Source: Burkholderiales bacterium
GTDB taxonomy: Bacteria > Pseudomonadota > Gammaproteobacteria > Burkholderiales > SG8-39
NCBI GenBank assembly: GCA_919902965.1
Contig: CAKKSJ010000395.1
Coordinates: 1 to 38,439, forward strand
Length of the DNA: 38,439 nt
Reading direction: 5' to 3'
A program made the translations under genes and the position numbers. Below are positions 1 through 7,999 of this stretch, piece after piece; position 1 is the first letter of the stretch, and each line of letters opens with the position of its first letter. The notes beneath the pieces are model-generated. The model saw only the letters and a program-made list of their open reading frames with translations, had not been told where the DNA came from and ran no database searches.

Positions 1-263
1 TAGCCGTTGGCCAGCACAAGCAGCGCGCGAGATCGCAGGATGTTGAACTGACCGAACAGCAGTACCGCCGTGATCAAATCGTTGATCACGAGGGCTGTTT
101 CTAAAATTGGAATGAAAGCCGGCACCGGTGCGAGCTGCATCGTCGCGAACGGCGCAGCCGCGAGAAAGATCCCGAGGGACACCAGCGCAAATGCCAGCGC
201 GAGTTGGCGCTCGCGGCGCCCCGCCGGGAGTGTGGATAGGAAAATATGGCGGTCGTCGGTCAT
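1..263 (-). CDS. Membrane sensor protein, N-terminal part only (gene continues past the window start). MASE-type multi-helix sensory domain like those at the N-termini of GGDEF or histidine-kinase proteins.
   Basis: Absent from the ORF track because it has no stop in the window. Reverse strand from the ATG (complement of 261-263) reads MTDDRHIFLSTLPAGRRERQLALAFALVSLGIFLAAAPFATMQLAPVPAFIPILETALVINDLITAVLLFGQFNILRSRALLVLANG. GC3 is high and hydrophobic helices are present. Family assignment is from memory. Confidence 0.6.
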   Translation of the reverse strand, partial: MTDDRHIFLSTLPAGRRERQLALAFALVSLGIFLAAAPFATMQLAPVPAFIPILETALVINDLITAVLLFGQFNILRSRALLVLANG

Positions 264-434
264 TTCAAGATCTGCGTCTCATCGCCGAGCCGATCGTATC
301 GGTCATAAGAGATTGCCGTGCGCAAAGACCCGTGCGACGCAGGACGTGAGCGTCGCGGAACATGGAAATCATCCCCAGGCCGTACATGGCCGTAGCGGAA
401 AGCTTGACGCGTGATGCTGTGGGTGTCGGCGCGC

Positions 435-444
435 GGGGGGGGGG
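435..444. repeat. Homopolymeric G10 (C10 on the other strand) tract in intergenic DNA, ~170 bp upstream of the sensor gene start
   Basis: Read directly: gcgc-GGGGGGGGGG-cgat. Consistent with the PPP run in the antisense ORF 265..678. Confidence 0.9.
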
Positions 445-718
445 CGATACAGACAGGGCGGGGCCGTGAGATACCTGATGCGGAGAGTAAATAGTGGAGG
501 GTGCGCAGCACTGAGCATCAGCCCCGCCAAAGGTGTGGGAATACGTGCAAACGCCAAAACAAGCAGTGCCGTACATCGTGTACCTCATATCGGCAGGGAG
601 TGGTTTTTGATCCAGATTACGCGACGAAAATTGAGGGAAGCGATCAGAAAAACGGGCCCAATCAGGAACAATAACCATAAGATCTTTAGGTATCCATTTA
701 TACGCCTAGGCACTGTGG

Positions 719-744
719 CGGTATGTACGGTATCGTACATACCG
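719..744. repeat. Perfect 11-bp inverted repeat CGGTATGTACG-gtat-CGTACATACCG (candidate operator or RNA hairpin)
   Basis: Read directly. Register checked against the ATG of ORF 723..1028. Both arms contain the CGTACAT heptamer also present at 381-387 and 570-576. Confidence 0.85.
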
Positions 745-1013
745 TGGTCGTTGCGCTCAGGTGCCGGAGGCAGGGGATAAGAATTGGGCCTCGAATATTT
801 CGGCGAGTATGTTTCCCTGCCGTCTCAAACCACGAAGGCCAAAGCGAGCGAACACATGTGCAGGAGATGGTGAGCGAAATCATCCGGATCGAGAAGAGCC
901 GTGGGCGATTGGCGTATGTCTTTTTGCGGCGCTATCGCTCGGTGCGTACTGTCACCCGAGGATCGGACAGCCGCACTAGCTTTCCTGTGCGGCCGCACTT
1001 GGTAGTTTCGGAG

Positions 1014-1042
1014 TTCGATGGGTTCTAAGGCAGTGTTAGAAT
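1014..1042 (+). promoter_or_regulatory. Candidate sigma70 promoter: TTCGAT (1014-1019), 17-bp spacer, TAGAAT (1037-1042), with a TG just upstream of the -10
   Basis: Hexamers and spacing read directly. No protein gene follows on this strand before the terminator at 1097-1126. Confidence 0.3.
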
Positions 1043-1048
1043 CTCGCT

Positions 1049-1126
1049 CCAGTGCCCAGATTCATCCTATTTGGCGCGCCAGTGAAACAAGGACTTAAGC
1101 CACCTCCGCGGTGGCTTTTTCCTTTT
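1049..1126 (+). ncRNA. Candidate ~75-80 nt small RNA (promoter-to-terminator unit), family unknown
   Basis: Bounded by the promoter-like element at 1014-1042 and the intrinsic terminator at 1097-1126. No convincing ORF or RBS inside. The hairpin could instead serve the convergent LysR gene. Confidence 0.25.
1097..1126 (+). terminator. Rho-independent terminator: stem AAGCCACC / GGTGGCTT, loop tccgc, then TTTCCTTTT
   Basis: 8-bp perfect stem with the T-rich tail on the + strand. An A-rich tract on the opposite side allows weaker bidirectional use by the LysR gene ending at 1190. Confidence 0.7.
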
Positions 1127-1189
1127 GGTGTAGGGAAATTTTTCCTACATCTGATGACGGGATGCCCGAAGTTAGCACCAGTCAGCGTA

Positions 1190-2092
1190 TCAAACGCGGC
1201 TCATGGTCTCGCTGGCTTCGCTGACGAGAAACTCGTGGAACTTCCGAAACGCTTCGCGCTGTTCCGCCACGTGCTCATACACCAAATAGTACGCATCGTG
1301 GCAGCGGATGGTCAGATCGAACGGGCGAATCAGGACTCCGCTGCGAGTTTCGTCCTGGATCAGCGGCGTCCGTCCCAGCGCGACGCCCTGCTGATTGATC
1401 GCAGCCTCGATCAGAGTGTTGCTGTCGTTAATTATTGTTCCGTGAGAAGGCATTGGCTCGCTTACGCCAGTCGCGCGAAACCACGCCGACCAGTCTTCGT
1501 AGCTATCTTCATGGAGAAGGGTGTAGTGGCGAAGGTCACCGGGTGTGCGCAGCGGTTGCTCGCTCCGGACGTAAGCAGGTGCGCACACGGGGACAAGTTC
1601 GCATTCAAAGAGCACTTCCGAGCGCTGGGTCGGAGTGCAGCTGCCGTTTCCCCAGCGGATCGCTAGATCGACCCGCCTGAGCTGGAATTGTTCGTGGGGG
1701 AGGGCGTGATAGATATGGAGGTCGATCTCCGGATTGCGTGTCCAGAATCGGTGCAGCCTTCGGGCAAGCCACCGTGCGCCTAGCGACGGGGTGACGAGCA
1801 CGGTGAGCGGCTGGGTTTGGACCTGCTCGCGAACGTCGCGCAGGGCCTGCTCGATGCTTCGCAGGGCCAAAGATACGGAAGAGAACAAACGCTGACCGGC
1901 GTCGGTGAGCACCACCCGGCTGTGGGACCTTTCGAATAGTGGCGCTCCAAGCGCGTCCTCCAGGTGCCGGATCTGGTGGCTTACTGCTGCCTGGGTGACA
2001 GACAGTTCCTGGGCGGCCAGCGTGAAGCTTCCATGGCGCGCGGCCGCTTCGAACGACCTCAGTGCATTGAGATGGGCGAGAGCGTTAATCAT
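1190..2092 (-). CDS. LysR-family transcriptional regulator (GcvA-like subgroup), divergent from the P-protein-like operon
   Basis: N-terminal HTH LRSFEAAARHGSFTLAAQELSVTQAAVSHQIRHLEDALG. 300 aa, typical LTTR length. Divergent arrangement with 2198..12591. Confidence 0.9.
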   Translation of the reverse strand: MINALAHLNALRSFEAAARHGSFTLAAQELSVTQAAVSHQIRHLEDALGAPLFERSHSRVVLTDAGQRLFSSVSLALRSIEQALRDVREQVQTQPLTVLVTPSLGARWLARRLHRFWTRNPEIDLHIYHALPHEQFQLRRVDLAIRWGNGSCTPTQRSEVLFECELVPVCAPAYVRSEQPLRTPGDLRHYTLLHEDSYEDWSAWFRATGVSEPMPSHGTIINDSNTLIEAAINQQGVALGRTPLIQDETRSGVLIRPFDLTIRCHDAYYLVYEHVAEQREAFRKFHEFLVSEASETMSRV

Positions 2093-2122
2093 CTGGCCTG
2101 CGCATTACCTGCGCTAATGGCT

Positions 2123-2140
2123 TTGATTAGTAAAAATCAA
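2123..2140. promoter_or_regulatory. LysR-type box: TTGATT-agtaaa-AATCAA inverted repeat containing a T-N11-A core
   Basis: Read directly in the 105-bp divergent intergenic region between the LysR gene and the gcvPA-like gene. T-N11-A palindromes are the established LTTR recognition motif. Confidence 0.5.
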
Positions 2141-2197
2141 TTGTAGCTGATGCAACGTGGCTCGCATACTTTGACCGATTCCTACGCTAGGGGCACC

Positions 2198-3613
2198 ATG
2201 ACAATTCTGAACGAGCCCAAATCGGGTCCGGATCGCGTCCATCCCTACATCCCCAATTCGGTTCCGGCGGTAAAGGCCGAGATGCTCAGGGTGGCGGGCG
2301 CGCGGTCGATCGAGGAATTTTTTGCCGATATTCCCGCCGATCTGCGGCTTTCTAGACCGCTCGATCTTCCTGCCCCTTTTCGTTCCGAACGCGGTCTTAA
2401 GCGTCACGTTGAGGGTATTCTGGCGCGCAATATCCCGGCCGGCGATGTGCTGAGCTTCCTCGGCGGCGGGTGTTACCAGCACCACGTGCCGGCGGTCTGC
2501 GACGAGATCAATGGGCGCAGCGAGTTCCTGACTGCCTACGGCGGCGAGCCCTATGACGACGCGGGTCGATTTCAGGCGCTGTTCGAATACACGAGCATGA
2601 TGGGGGAGCTGCTTGAAATGGACGTGGTCAGCGTGCCTACCTTCGATGGGCACCAGGCGTCCGCAACGGCGGTTCGGATGGCTGCCCGGCACACCAAGCG
2701 AGACGTCGTTCTGGTCGCCGGCAATGCCTTGCAGGATAAATGGTCGGTGATGACCAATTACGGCCGCGCTGATCTCGAGTTCCGCGAGGTGCGTTTTCAT
2801 CCCGCGACCGGCCTGGTCGACATTGACCATCTCCGGGCGATGCTGGATTCGCAGGTTGCTTGCTTCTACTTTGACAATCCGTCGTGTTTCGGCACCTTGC
2901 AAGCCGGTGAGGACATCGCCAAGGCGGTGCATGCTGTCGGTGCGCTGCTGGTGGTCGGCACCGATCCCGGTTGTCTGGGCGTGATTTCGCCGCCGGCGAG
3001 CTACGGCGCCGACATCGTTTGCGGCGATATCCAGACGCTGGGCATGCACATGAATTACGGTGGTGGCCAAGGCGGTTTCATCGCCACCCATGACGATGAG
3101 GCGCTGGTCATGCAGTATCCGTCCCGGCTATTCGGGATCGCGCCGACCCGCATTCCGGGGGAATACGGTTTCGGCGACGTTGCCTTCAGCCGAACCTCGT
3201 TTGACAAGCGCGAAAACGGCAACGAATTTGTCGGGACGGCCGCAGCGCTGTGGGGGATCACCGCCGGCGTCTATCTTGCGCTGATGGGACCCTCGGGGAT
3301 GCGCGAACTCGGGGTGGGAATCATGCAGCGCAATGCCTATGCAAAGCAGCGGTTGGCATCGATACCTGGCGTTTTCATTCCGCACGCCGGGCAGTCGCAC
3401 TTCAAGGAAATTGTTGTCACGTTCGACAACTGCGGAAAGACCGTGCATGAGATCAATCGAGCCCTGCGCGAACGTGGCATCTTTGGCGGTCATGACTTGA
3501 GCGAGGCGTTCCCTTCGCTCGGACAGAGCGCGCTCTACAGTTTCACGGAAGCGCACACCGAGGCAGACATTGAGTGTTTGGTCGCGGCCCTGACAGAGGC
3601 GGTCAAGCGATGA
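2198..3613 (+). CDS. gcvPA: Glycine dehydrogenase (decarboxylating) subunit 1-like protein (GcvPA family, divergent)
   Basis: Overall GcvPA-like layout (HPYIPNSVPAVKAEML..., SEFLTAY..., GDIQTLG). I prefer the ATG at 2198 (AGGGG 5 nt upstream) over the track start at 2150. The stop overlaps the next start (ATGA). Confidence 0.8.
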   Translation: MTILNEPKSGPDRVHPYIPNSVPAVKAEMLRVAGARSIEEFFADIPADLRLSRPLDLPAPFRSERGLKRHVEGILARNIPAGDVLSFLGGGCYQHHVPAVCDEINGRSEFLTAYGGEPYDDAGRFQALFEYTSMMGELLEMDVVSVPTFDGHQASATAVRMAARHTKRDVVLVAGNALQDKWSVMTNYGRADLEFREVRFHPATGLVDIDHLRAMLDSQVACFYFDNPSCFGTLQAGEDIAKAVHAVGALLVVGTDPGCLGVISPPASYGADIVCGDIQTLGMHMNYGGGQGGFIATHDDEALVMQYPSRLFGIAPTRIPGEYGFGDVAFSRTSFDKRENGNEFVGTAAALWGITAGVYLALMGPSGMRELGVGIMQRNAYAKQRLASIPGVFIPHAGQSHFKEIVVTFDNCGKTVHEINRALRERGIFGGHDLSEAFPSLGQSALYSFTEAHTEADIECLVAALTEAVKR

Positions 3614-5226
3614 GCGCCCGCATGCAGGACATCTCCAGCTTCAGGTTTAGCGACGGGGTTGCCAATTTGCGCCGCTATCACCAGGCGCGCTGGGACGAGC
3701 CGGTTATATTCGAACTTTCCTGCCCTGGGGAAAGGGGAATTCTGGTTCCGGAGGTCGAGGACGCGGTGGCCGTTGTCGCAGGCGATGTGGTGGCCGGACT
3801 TCCGCAGGGATTGCGCCGGACGGCGCCTCCCGCGCTTCCCGAACTCTCCCAGAACCGGGTGCTGCGCCATTACCTGCGGTTGTCGCAGCAGAACCTGGGC
3901 GCCGATCTGAATGTCGACATCGGACAGGGCACCTGCACGATGAAGTACAACCCGAAGATCAACGAGCAGTTGGCCCGCAATTCGCGCATGGCGGATCTGC
4001 ATCCGCTGCAGGACACGGACACCGTCCAGGGCATCCTGGAGATCATCCACCGTATGGAGGCGATCATCCGCGAGATCTCTGGGATGGATGCGGTGTCCTT
4101 GCAGCCGCGCAGCGGCTCGCACGCCATCTACGCCAACTTCGCGGTGTTGCGTGCCCATCAGGAGGCGGTCGGCACCGCGGGTGTGCGCGACGAGGTTATC
4201 ACCACCATCTTTTCCCACCCCTCCGATGCCGCCTGCGCCAAGCTGCTCGGGTACAAGGTGATCACGCTCTATCCGGATGCCGCCGGCTATCCGGACATCG
4301 AAGCGCTGCGCGCTGCGCTTTCGCCGCGCACTGCGGCGCTGATCATCACCAATCCAGAGGACACCGGAATCTTTAATTTCCGCATCCGCGAATTCACCGA
4401 CATGGTCCGTACAGCCGGGGGCCTGTGCATATACGACCAGGCGAACGCAAACGGGCTTCTCGGCATAACACGCGCGCGCGAGGCGGGCTTCGACATGTGC
4501 CACTTCAATCTGCACAAGACGTTCGGCACCCCGCACGCCTGTGGCGGCCCGGCCGTGGGTGCAATGGCGGTCACGGCCCAACTCGCTCGCTATCTCCCGG
4601 GGCCGAGGGTGGCTTTCGATAGCGGCCACTACCGGCTCGAGGCGATCGGGCCGGATTCGATCGGCAAGGTCTCCGCATTTCTAGGCGCCGCCAACATCAT
4701 ATTGCGCGCCTACGCTTGGGTAATGAACCTCGGGGCAGACGGCTTGCGCGAAGTTGCTGAAATCGCGGTCCTCAACAACAACTACATAATGACCGAACTG
4801 TTGAAAATCCGTGGCCTGAGCCTGCCTTATGCATTGGGCAGGCGGCGCATCGAGCAGGCGCGCTATAGCTGGGAACAGATGTCGGCCGACACTGGAATCC
4901 ACTCGGAACAAATCGGCATCCGTGCAGCCGACTTCGGCGTTCACTACTGGACCAGCCATCACCCGTTCGTCGTGCCCGAGCCCGCGACGATCGAGCCCAC
5001 GGAGTCGTACTCGAAGGCGGACCTCGACGAGTTCGTCAGCGTCATGCGCCATGTCGCCAACGAAGCCTATGAAAATCCGGAGCATGTCCGCAGCGCGCCG
5101 CACAATTGCCCGGTGCACTCGATCGACGGATCGGTCTTCGACGATCCTGCGCGCTGGGCGGTCACATGGAGGGGATACCAGCGAAAACTGCGCGCGCAAG
5201 AGCAAAAGGGGCAGGAAACAAAGTGA
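3610..5226 (+). CDS. gcvPB: Glycine dehydrogenase (decarboxylating) subunit 2-like protein (GcvPB family), PLP-lysine motif present
   Basis: LPELSQNRVLRHYLRLSQQNLG, GTCTMKYNPKINE and NLHKTFGTPHACGGP (PLP Lys). ATG at 3610 overlaps the gcvPA-like stop (ATGA at 3610-3613). Confidence 0.85.
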   Translation: MSARMQDISSFRFSDGVANLRRYHQARWDEPVIFELSCPGERGILVPEVEDAVAVVAGDVVAGLPQGLRRTAPPALPELSQNRVLRHYLRLSQQNLGADLNVDIGQGTCTMKYNPKINEQLARNSRMADLHPLQDTDTVQGILEIIHRMEAIIREISGMDAVSLQPRSGSHAIYANFAVLRAHQEAVGTAGVRDEVITTIFSHPSDAACAKLLGYKVITLYPDAAGYPDIEALRAALSPRTAALIITNPEDTGIFNFRIREFTDMVRTAGGLCIYDQANANGLLGITRAREAGFDMCHFNLHKTFGTPHACGGPAVGAMAVTAQLARYLPGPRVAFDSGHYRLEAIGPDSIGKVSAFLGAANIILRAYAWVMNLGADGLREVAEIAVLNNNYIMTELLKIRGLSLPYALGRRRIEQARYSWEQMSADTGIHSEQIGIRAADFGVHYWTSHHPFVVPEPATIEPTESYSKADLDEFVSVMRHVANEAYENPEHVRSAPHNCPVHSIDGSVFDDPARWAVTWRGYQRKLRAQEQKGQETK

Positions 5227-6338
5227 ACACGCTGCGTGTCGGTTTGATCGTTAACCCGATCGCTGGACTCGGGGGAGCGGTCTCACTCAAAGGCAGCGAC
5301 GGAGTGGCCGACGAAGCGCTCGCCCGGGGTGCAATACCCCAATCCGAGGCGCGTGCAACTGAGGCGCTGTCACTGATGCGGCAGCTTGCCGAAGCGCTCA
5401 CTGTCATCACGGGCGCCGGCCCGCTGGGCGAGGACGCTGCGATGGAGGCGGGCTGGCCGGTCGAAGTGATCTACCACGCGCCCGTTCGAACAACAGCGCA
5501 GGACACGGTTCAACTCGCGCGACGCCTGAGCACGCTGCGTGTTGACCTGCTGCTCTTCGCCGGCGGCGATGGCACCGCCAGGGACGTCGCCGACGGCGTC
5601 GACGACTGGCTGCCCGTTCTGGGCATTCCGGCCGGGGTGAAAATGCATTCGGGCGTGTTCGCGACAACGCCGAAGGCGGCCGGCCTGCTGGCGCTGGGCT
5701 TCCTGCGCTCCACCGCGCGTCGCGTCGCCAAACAAGAGGTGATGGATCTGGACGAGGGCGCCGTGCGCGACGGTCATATCAATCCGATGCTGTATGGATA
5801 TCTATCGGTGCCCGAGAACCCGCGACTGCTGCAAGGCAGGAAGGTGTCGGCGGTGGCCGGGGACTCGGTGGCAGCCGAGGCCATCGCAGCCAGCGTGGTT
5901 GATGAGATGGAGCCCGATGTCGTCTATCTGATCGGACCGGGTTCGACCACCTGGGCGGTAAAGCGCGTCCTTGGTGACCACGCGTCGCTGCTTGGCGTCG
6001 ACGCGTACCTGAATCGGCAATTGCTGGTGCGCGACGCGACCGCCGCGCAACTCGAGGCGATCACTACCGGCCGGCCGGCACGCGCATTGGTCACCTGCAT
6101 AGGCGGGCAGGGTCACATCTTCGGGCGCGGCAACCAGCAGTTCAGCGGCACGTTGGTGCGTCGCCTCGGACGCGCCAATGTCCGGGTGTTGGCCACGCCC
6201 TCGAAGCTGCAGTCGCTGTCGGGGCGCCCGTTCATCGCGGATCTGCACGATCCGGAAGCGGAAAAGGAAATGTCGGGTTATGTCGAAGTGGTAAGCGGGT
6301 ACAGGAGCAGGGCATACTATCGTTGCGAAGCGACGTAG
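5223..6338 (+). CDS. ATP-NAD kinase-fold protein, COG3199 / AcoX-like
   Basis: VNTLRVGLIVNPIAGLGGAVSLKGSDG N-terminus and the LLLFAGGDGTARDV (GGDGT) motif. GTG at 5223 overlaps the gcvPB-like stop (GTGA), implying translational coupling. The track start at 5106 would overlap the previous gene by 120 nt. Confidence 0.75.
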   Translation: MNTLRVGLIVNPIAGLGGAVSLKGSDGVADEALARGAIPQSEARATEALSLMRQLAEALTVITGAGPLGEDAAMEAGWPVEVIYHAPVRTTAQDTVQLARRLSTLRVDLLLFAGGDGTARDVADGVDDWLPVLGIPAGVKMHSGVFATTPKAAGLLALGFLRSTARRVAKQEVMDLDEGAVRDGHINPMLYGYLSVPENPRLLQGRKVSAVAGDSVAAEAIAASVVDEMEPDVVYLIGPGSTTWAVKRVLGDHASLLGVDAYLNRQLLVRDATAAQLEAITTGRPARALVTCIGGQGHIFGRGNQQFSGTLVRRLGRANVRVLATPSKLQSLSGRPFIADLHDPEAEKEMSGYVEVVSGYRSRAYYRCEAT

Positions 6339-6378
6339 GCGGAATCTGGTTTCCATTCAACATTTTTTGGAGGACACA

Positions 6379-7962
6379 ATGAGACGGATCGCTGGGATGT
6401 TGGGGAAGGTCATGCTGTCGGCCGCGCTTGCGGCCGCGTTTACAGTTTCTGCTGTCGCTCAGCAGCGTGGAGGCGTACTCAACGCGGTCGTCAATCCGGA
6501 GCCGCCTACGCTGATGCTGGGACTGAACCAATTAAGCGGCGTGCAGATGATAGGCGGCAAGATCTATCAGGGCCTGCTTACCTACGACAGGAATCTCAAT
6601 CCGCAGCCCGGGTTGGCGAAGTCCTGGACGATGTCCAGCGACGGACTGACCTATACCTTCAAGCTTCAGGAGGGGGTCAAGTGGCACGACGGCAAACCAT
6701 TTACTTCGGCAGATGTGGTTTTCACGGTCACAAAATTTCTGCAGGAGGTCCACTCGCGAGCGCGCAACAACTTCAGCCGGGTGACCGCAGTCGATGCGCC
6801 GGATGCCTCGACGGTGGTGTTCAAGCTCAAGGAGCCGTTTGCGCCTTTTCTTGGCTCATTCGAGGTGTCGAGTGCGCCGATGATACCGAAGCACATTTAC
6901 GACGGTACCGACTACAAGAGCAATCCGGCCAATCAGACGCCTGTAGGGACGGGACCGTTCAAGCTCGCCGAATGGAAAAAAGGCGCATACATCCATCTCG
7001 TGCGCAATGATGCCTACTGGAAGCGGGGCCTGCCGTACCTCGACGGTATCTATTACCACGTGATCCCGGATTCGGCATCGCGCGCGGTGGCGCTGGAGAG
7101 CGGCAAGGTCGATTTGACGAGTTTCAGCGACATCGAATTGTTCGATGTTGCGCGATTCAAGGGCAACGCGAATTTCGAGGTGACCAACCAAGGCTACGAG
7201 TTCCTGGGCCCGCTGGCTTGGATTGAGTTTAACAACCGCATCAAACCGATGGATGACAAGCGCTTCAGGCAGGCGGTCATGTATGCGCTGGACCGCGTTT
7301 TTATTCGCGACCGAATCTGGTTCGGACAGGCCAAGGTCGCTACCGGGCCAGTGTCAAGCACTACGCGGTTCTATGAACCCGGCGTCAACCGGTATCCGAC
7401 CGACCTGAAGAAATCCGAAGCCCTGCTCGACGAAATGGGCCTCGCGAAGGACAAAGACGGCGTCCGAGTGACCGTCAAGCTTCTTGGACTGCCCTACGGC
7501 GAGACGTGGAATCGGCTGAACGAAACCATCCGGCAGAGTCTTGGGAAGGTGGGAATCAAGGTGGTCGCCGAGTCGACCGACGCGGCCGGGTGGACGCAGC
7601 GGCTGGCCAACTGGGACTTCGAAATGCTGGTGAGCTACCTGACCCAGTACGGTGATCCTGCGCTTGGTGTGGCGCGGACCTATATTTCGTCGAACATCAA
7701 GAAGGGAATTCCGTACACCAACACCTCCGGCTACAGCAACGCAAAGGTGGATGAACTGTTTGCCAAGGCCGCGGTGGCGACCAAGGACGGCGACCGCAAG
7801 AACTACTACTCCGAAGTGCAGAAGATCCTGGTCGACGACGTTCCGCTCGCCTGGCTGGTCGAGATCAATTTCCCGACCATTTATAACAAGAAGGTGCGCA
7901 ACGTCGTCACCTCGGCAATCGGTGTGAATGAGACCTTCGAGTCGGTGTACATTGTGAAATGA
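6379..7962 (+). CDS. ABC transporter substrate-binding protein, family 5 (peptide/nickel/opine type, DppA/OppA-like), secreted
   Basis: Signal peptide MRRIAGMLGKVMLSAALAAAFTVSAVAQQ. Family-5 SBP blocks (LLTYD, GLAKSW, KFKLQEGVKWHDGKPFTSADVVFT). GGAGGA RBS 6 nt upstream of the ATG at 6379. Confidence 0.9.
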   Translation: MRRIAGMLGKVMLSAALAAAFTVSAVAQQRGGVLNAVVNPEPPTLMLGLNQLSGVQMIGGKIYQGLLTYDRNLNPQPGLAKSWTMSSDGLTYTFKLQEGVKWHDGKPFTSADVVFTVTKFLQEVHSRARNNFSRVTAVDAPDASTVVFKLKEPFAPFLGSFEVSSAPMIPKHIYDGTDYKSNPANQTPVGTGPFKLAEWKKGAYIHLVRNDAYWKRGLPYLDGIYYHVIPDSASRAVALESGKVDLTSFSDIELFDVARFKGNANFEVTNQGYEFLGPLAWIEFNNRIKPMDDKRFRQAVMYALDRVFIRDRIWFGQAKVATGPVSSTTRFYEPGVNRYPTDLKKSEALLDEMGLAKDKDGVRVTVKLLGLPYGETWNRLNETIRQSLGKVGIKVVAESTDAAGWTQRLANWDFEMLVSYLTQYGDPALGVARTYISSNIKKGIPYTNTSGYSNAKVDELFAKAAVATKDGDRKNYYSEVQKILVDDVPLAWLVEINFPTIYNKKVRNVVTSAIGVNETFESVYIVK

Positions 7963-7999
7963 CCGTGCCGACAAGGTCCGCAAAGTCGGGGGCGACCAA

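Noticed and set aside
723-1028. ORF 723..1028 (101 aa) as a real small protein. Its second half has fairly high GC3 and it ends 69 nt before the terminator.
   Set aside because: No usable RBS at either candidate start, and no family resemblance. The first half is GC3-poor and its ATG lies inside the 11-bp palindrome. I keep it as a possibility but do not annotate it.
2114-3091. Long antisense or out-of-frame ORFs throughout the track (e.g. 2114..3091 -, 3535..4629 -, 17788..19056 -, 24593..25720 -, 25826..26881 -, 27947..29080 -, 20918..21925 +, 18845..20167 +)
   Set aside because: Their products are Arg/Ala/Gly/Pro-rich with no recognisable motifs. They lie opposite or out of frame to genes with clear family signatures. 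This is the expected artefact of stop-codon paucity in GC-rich DNA.
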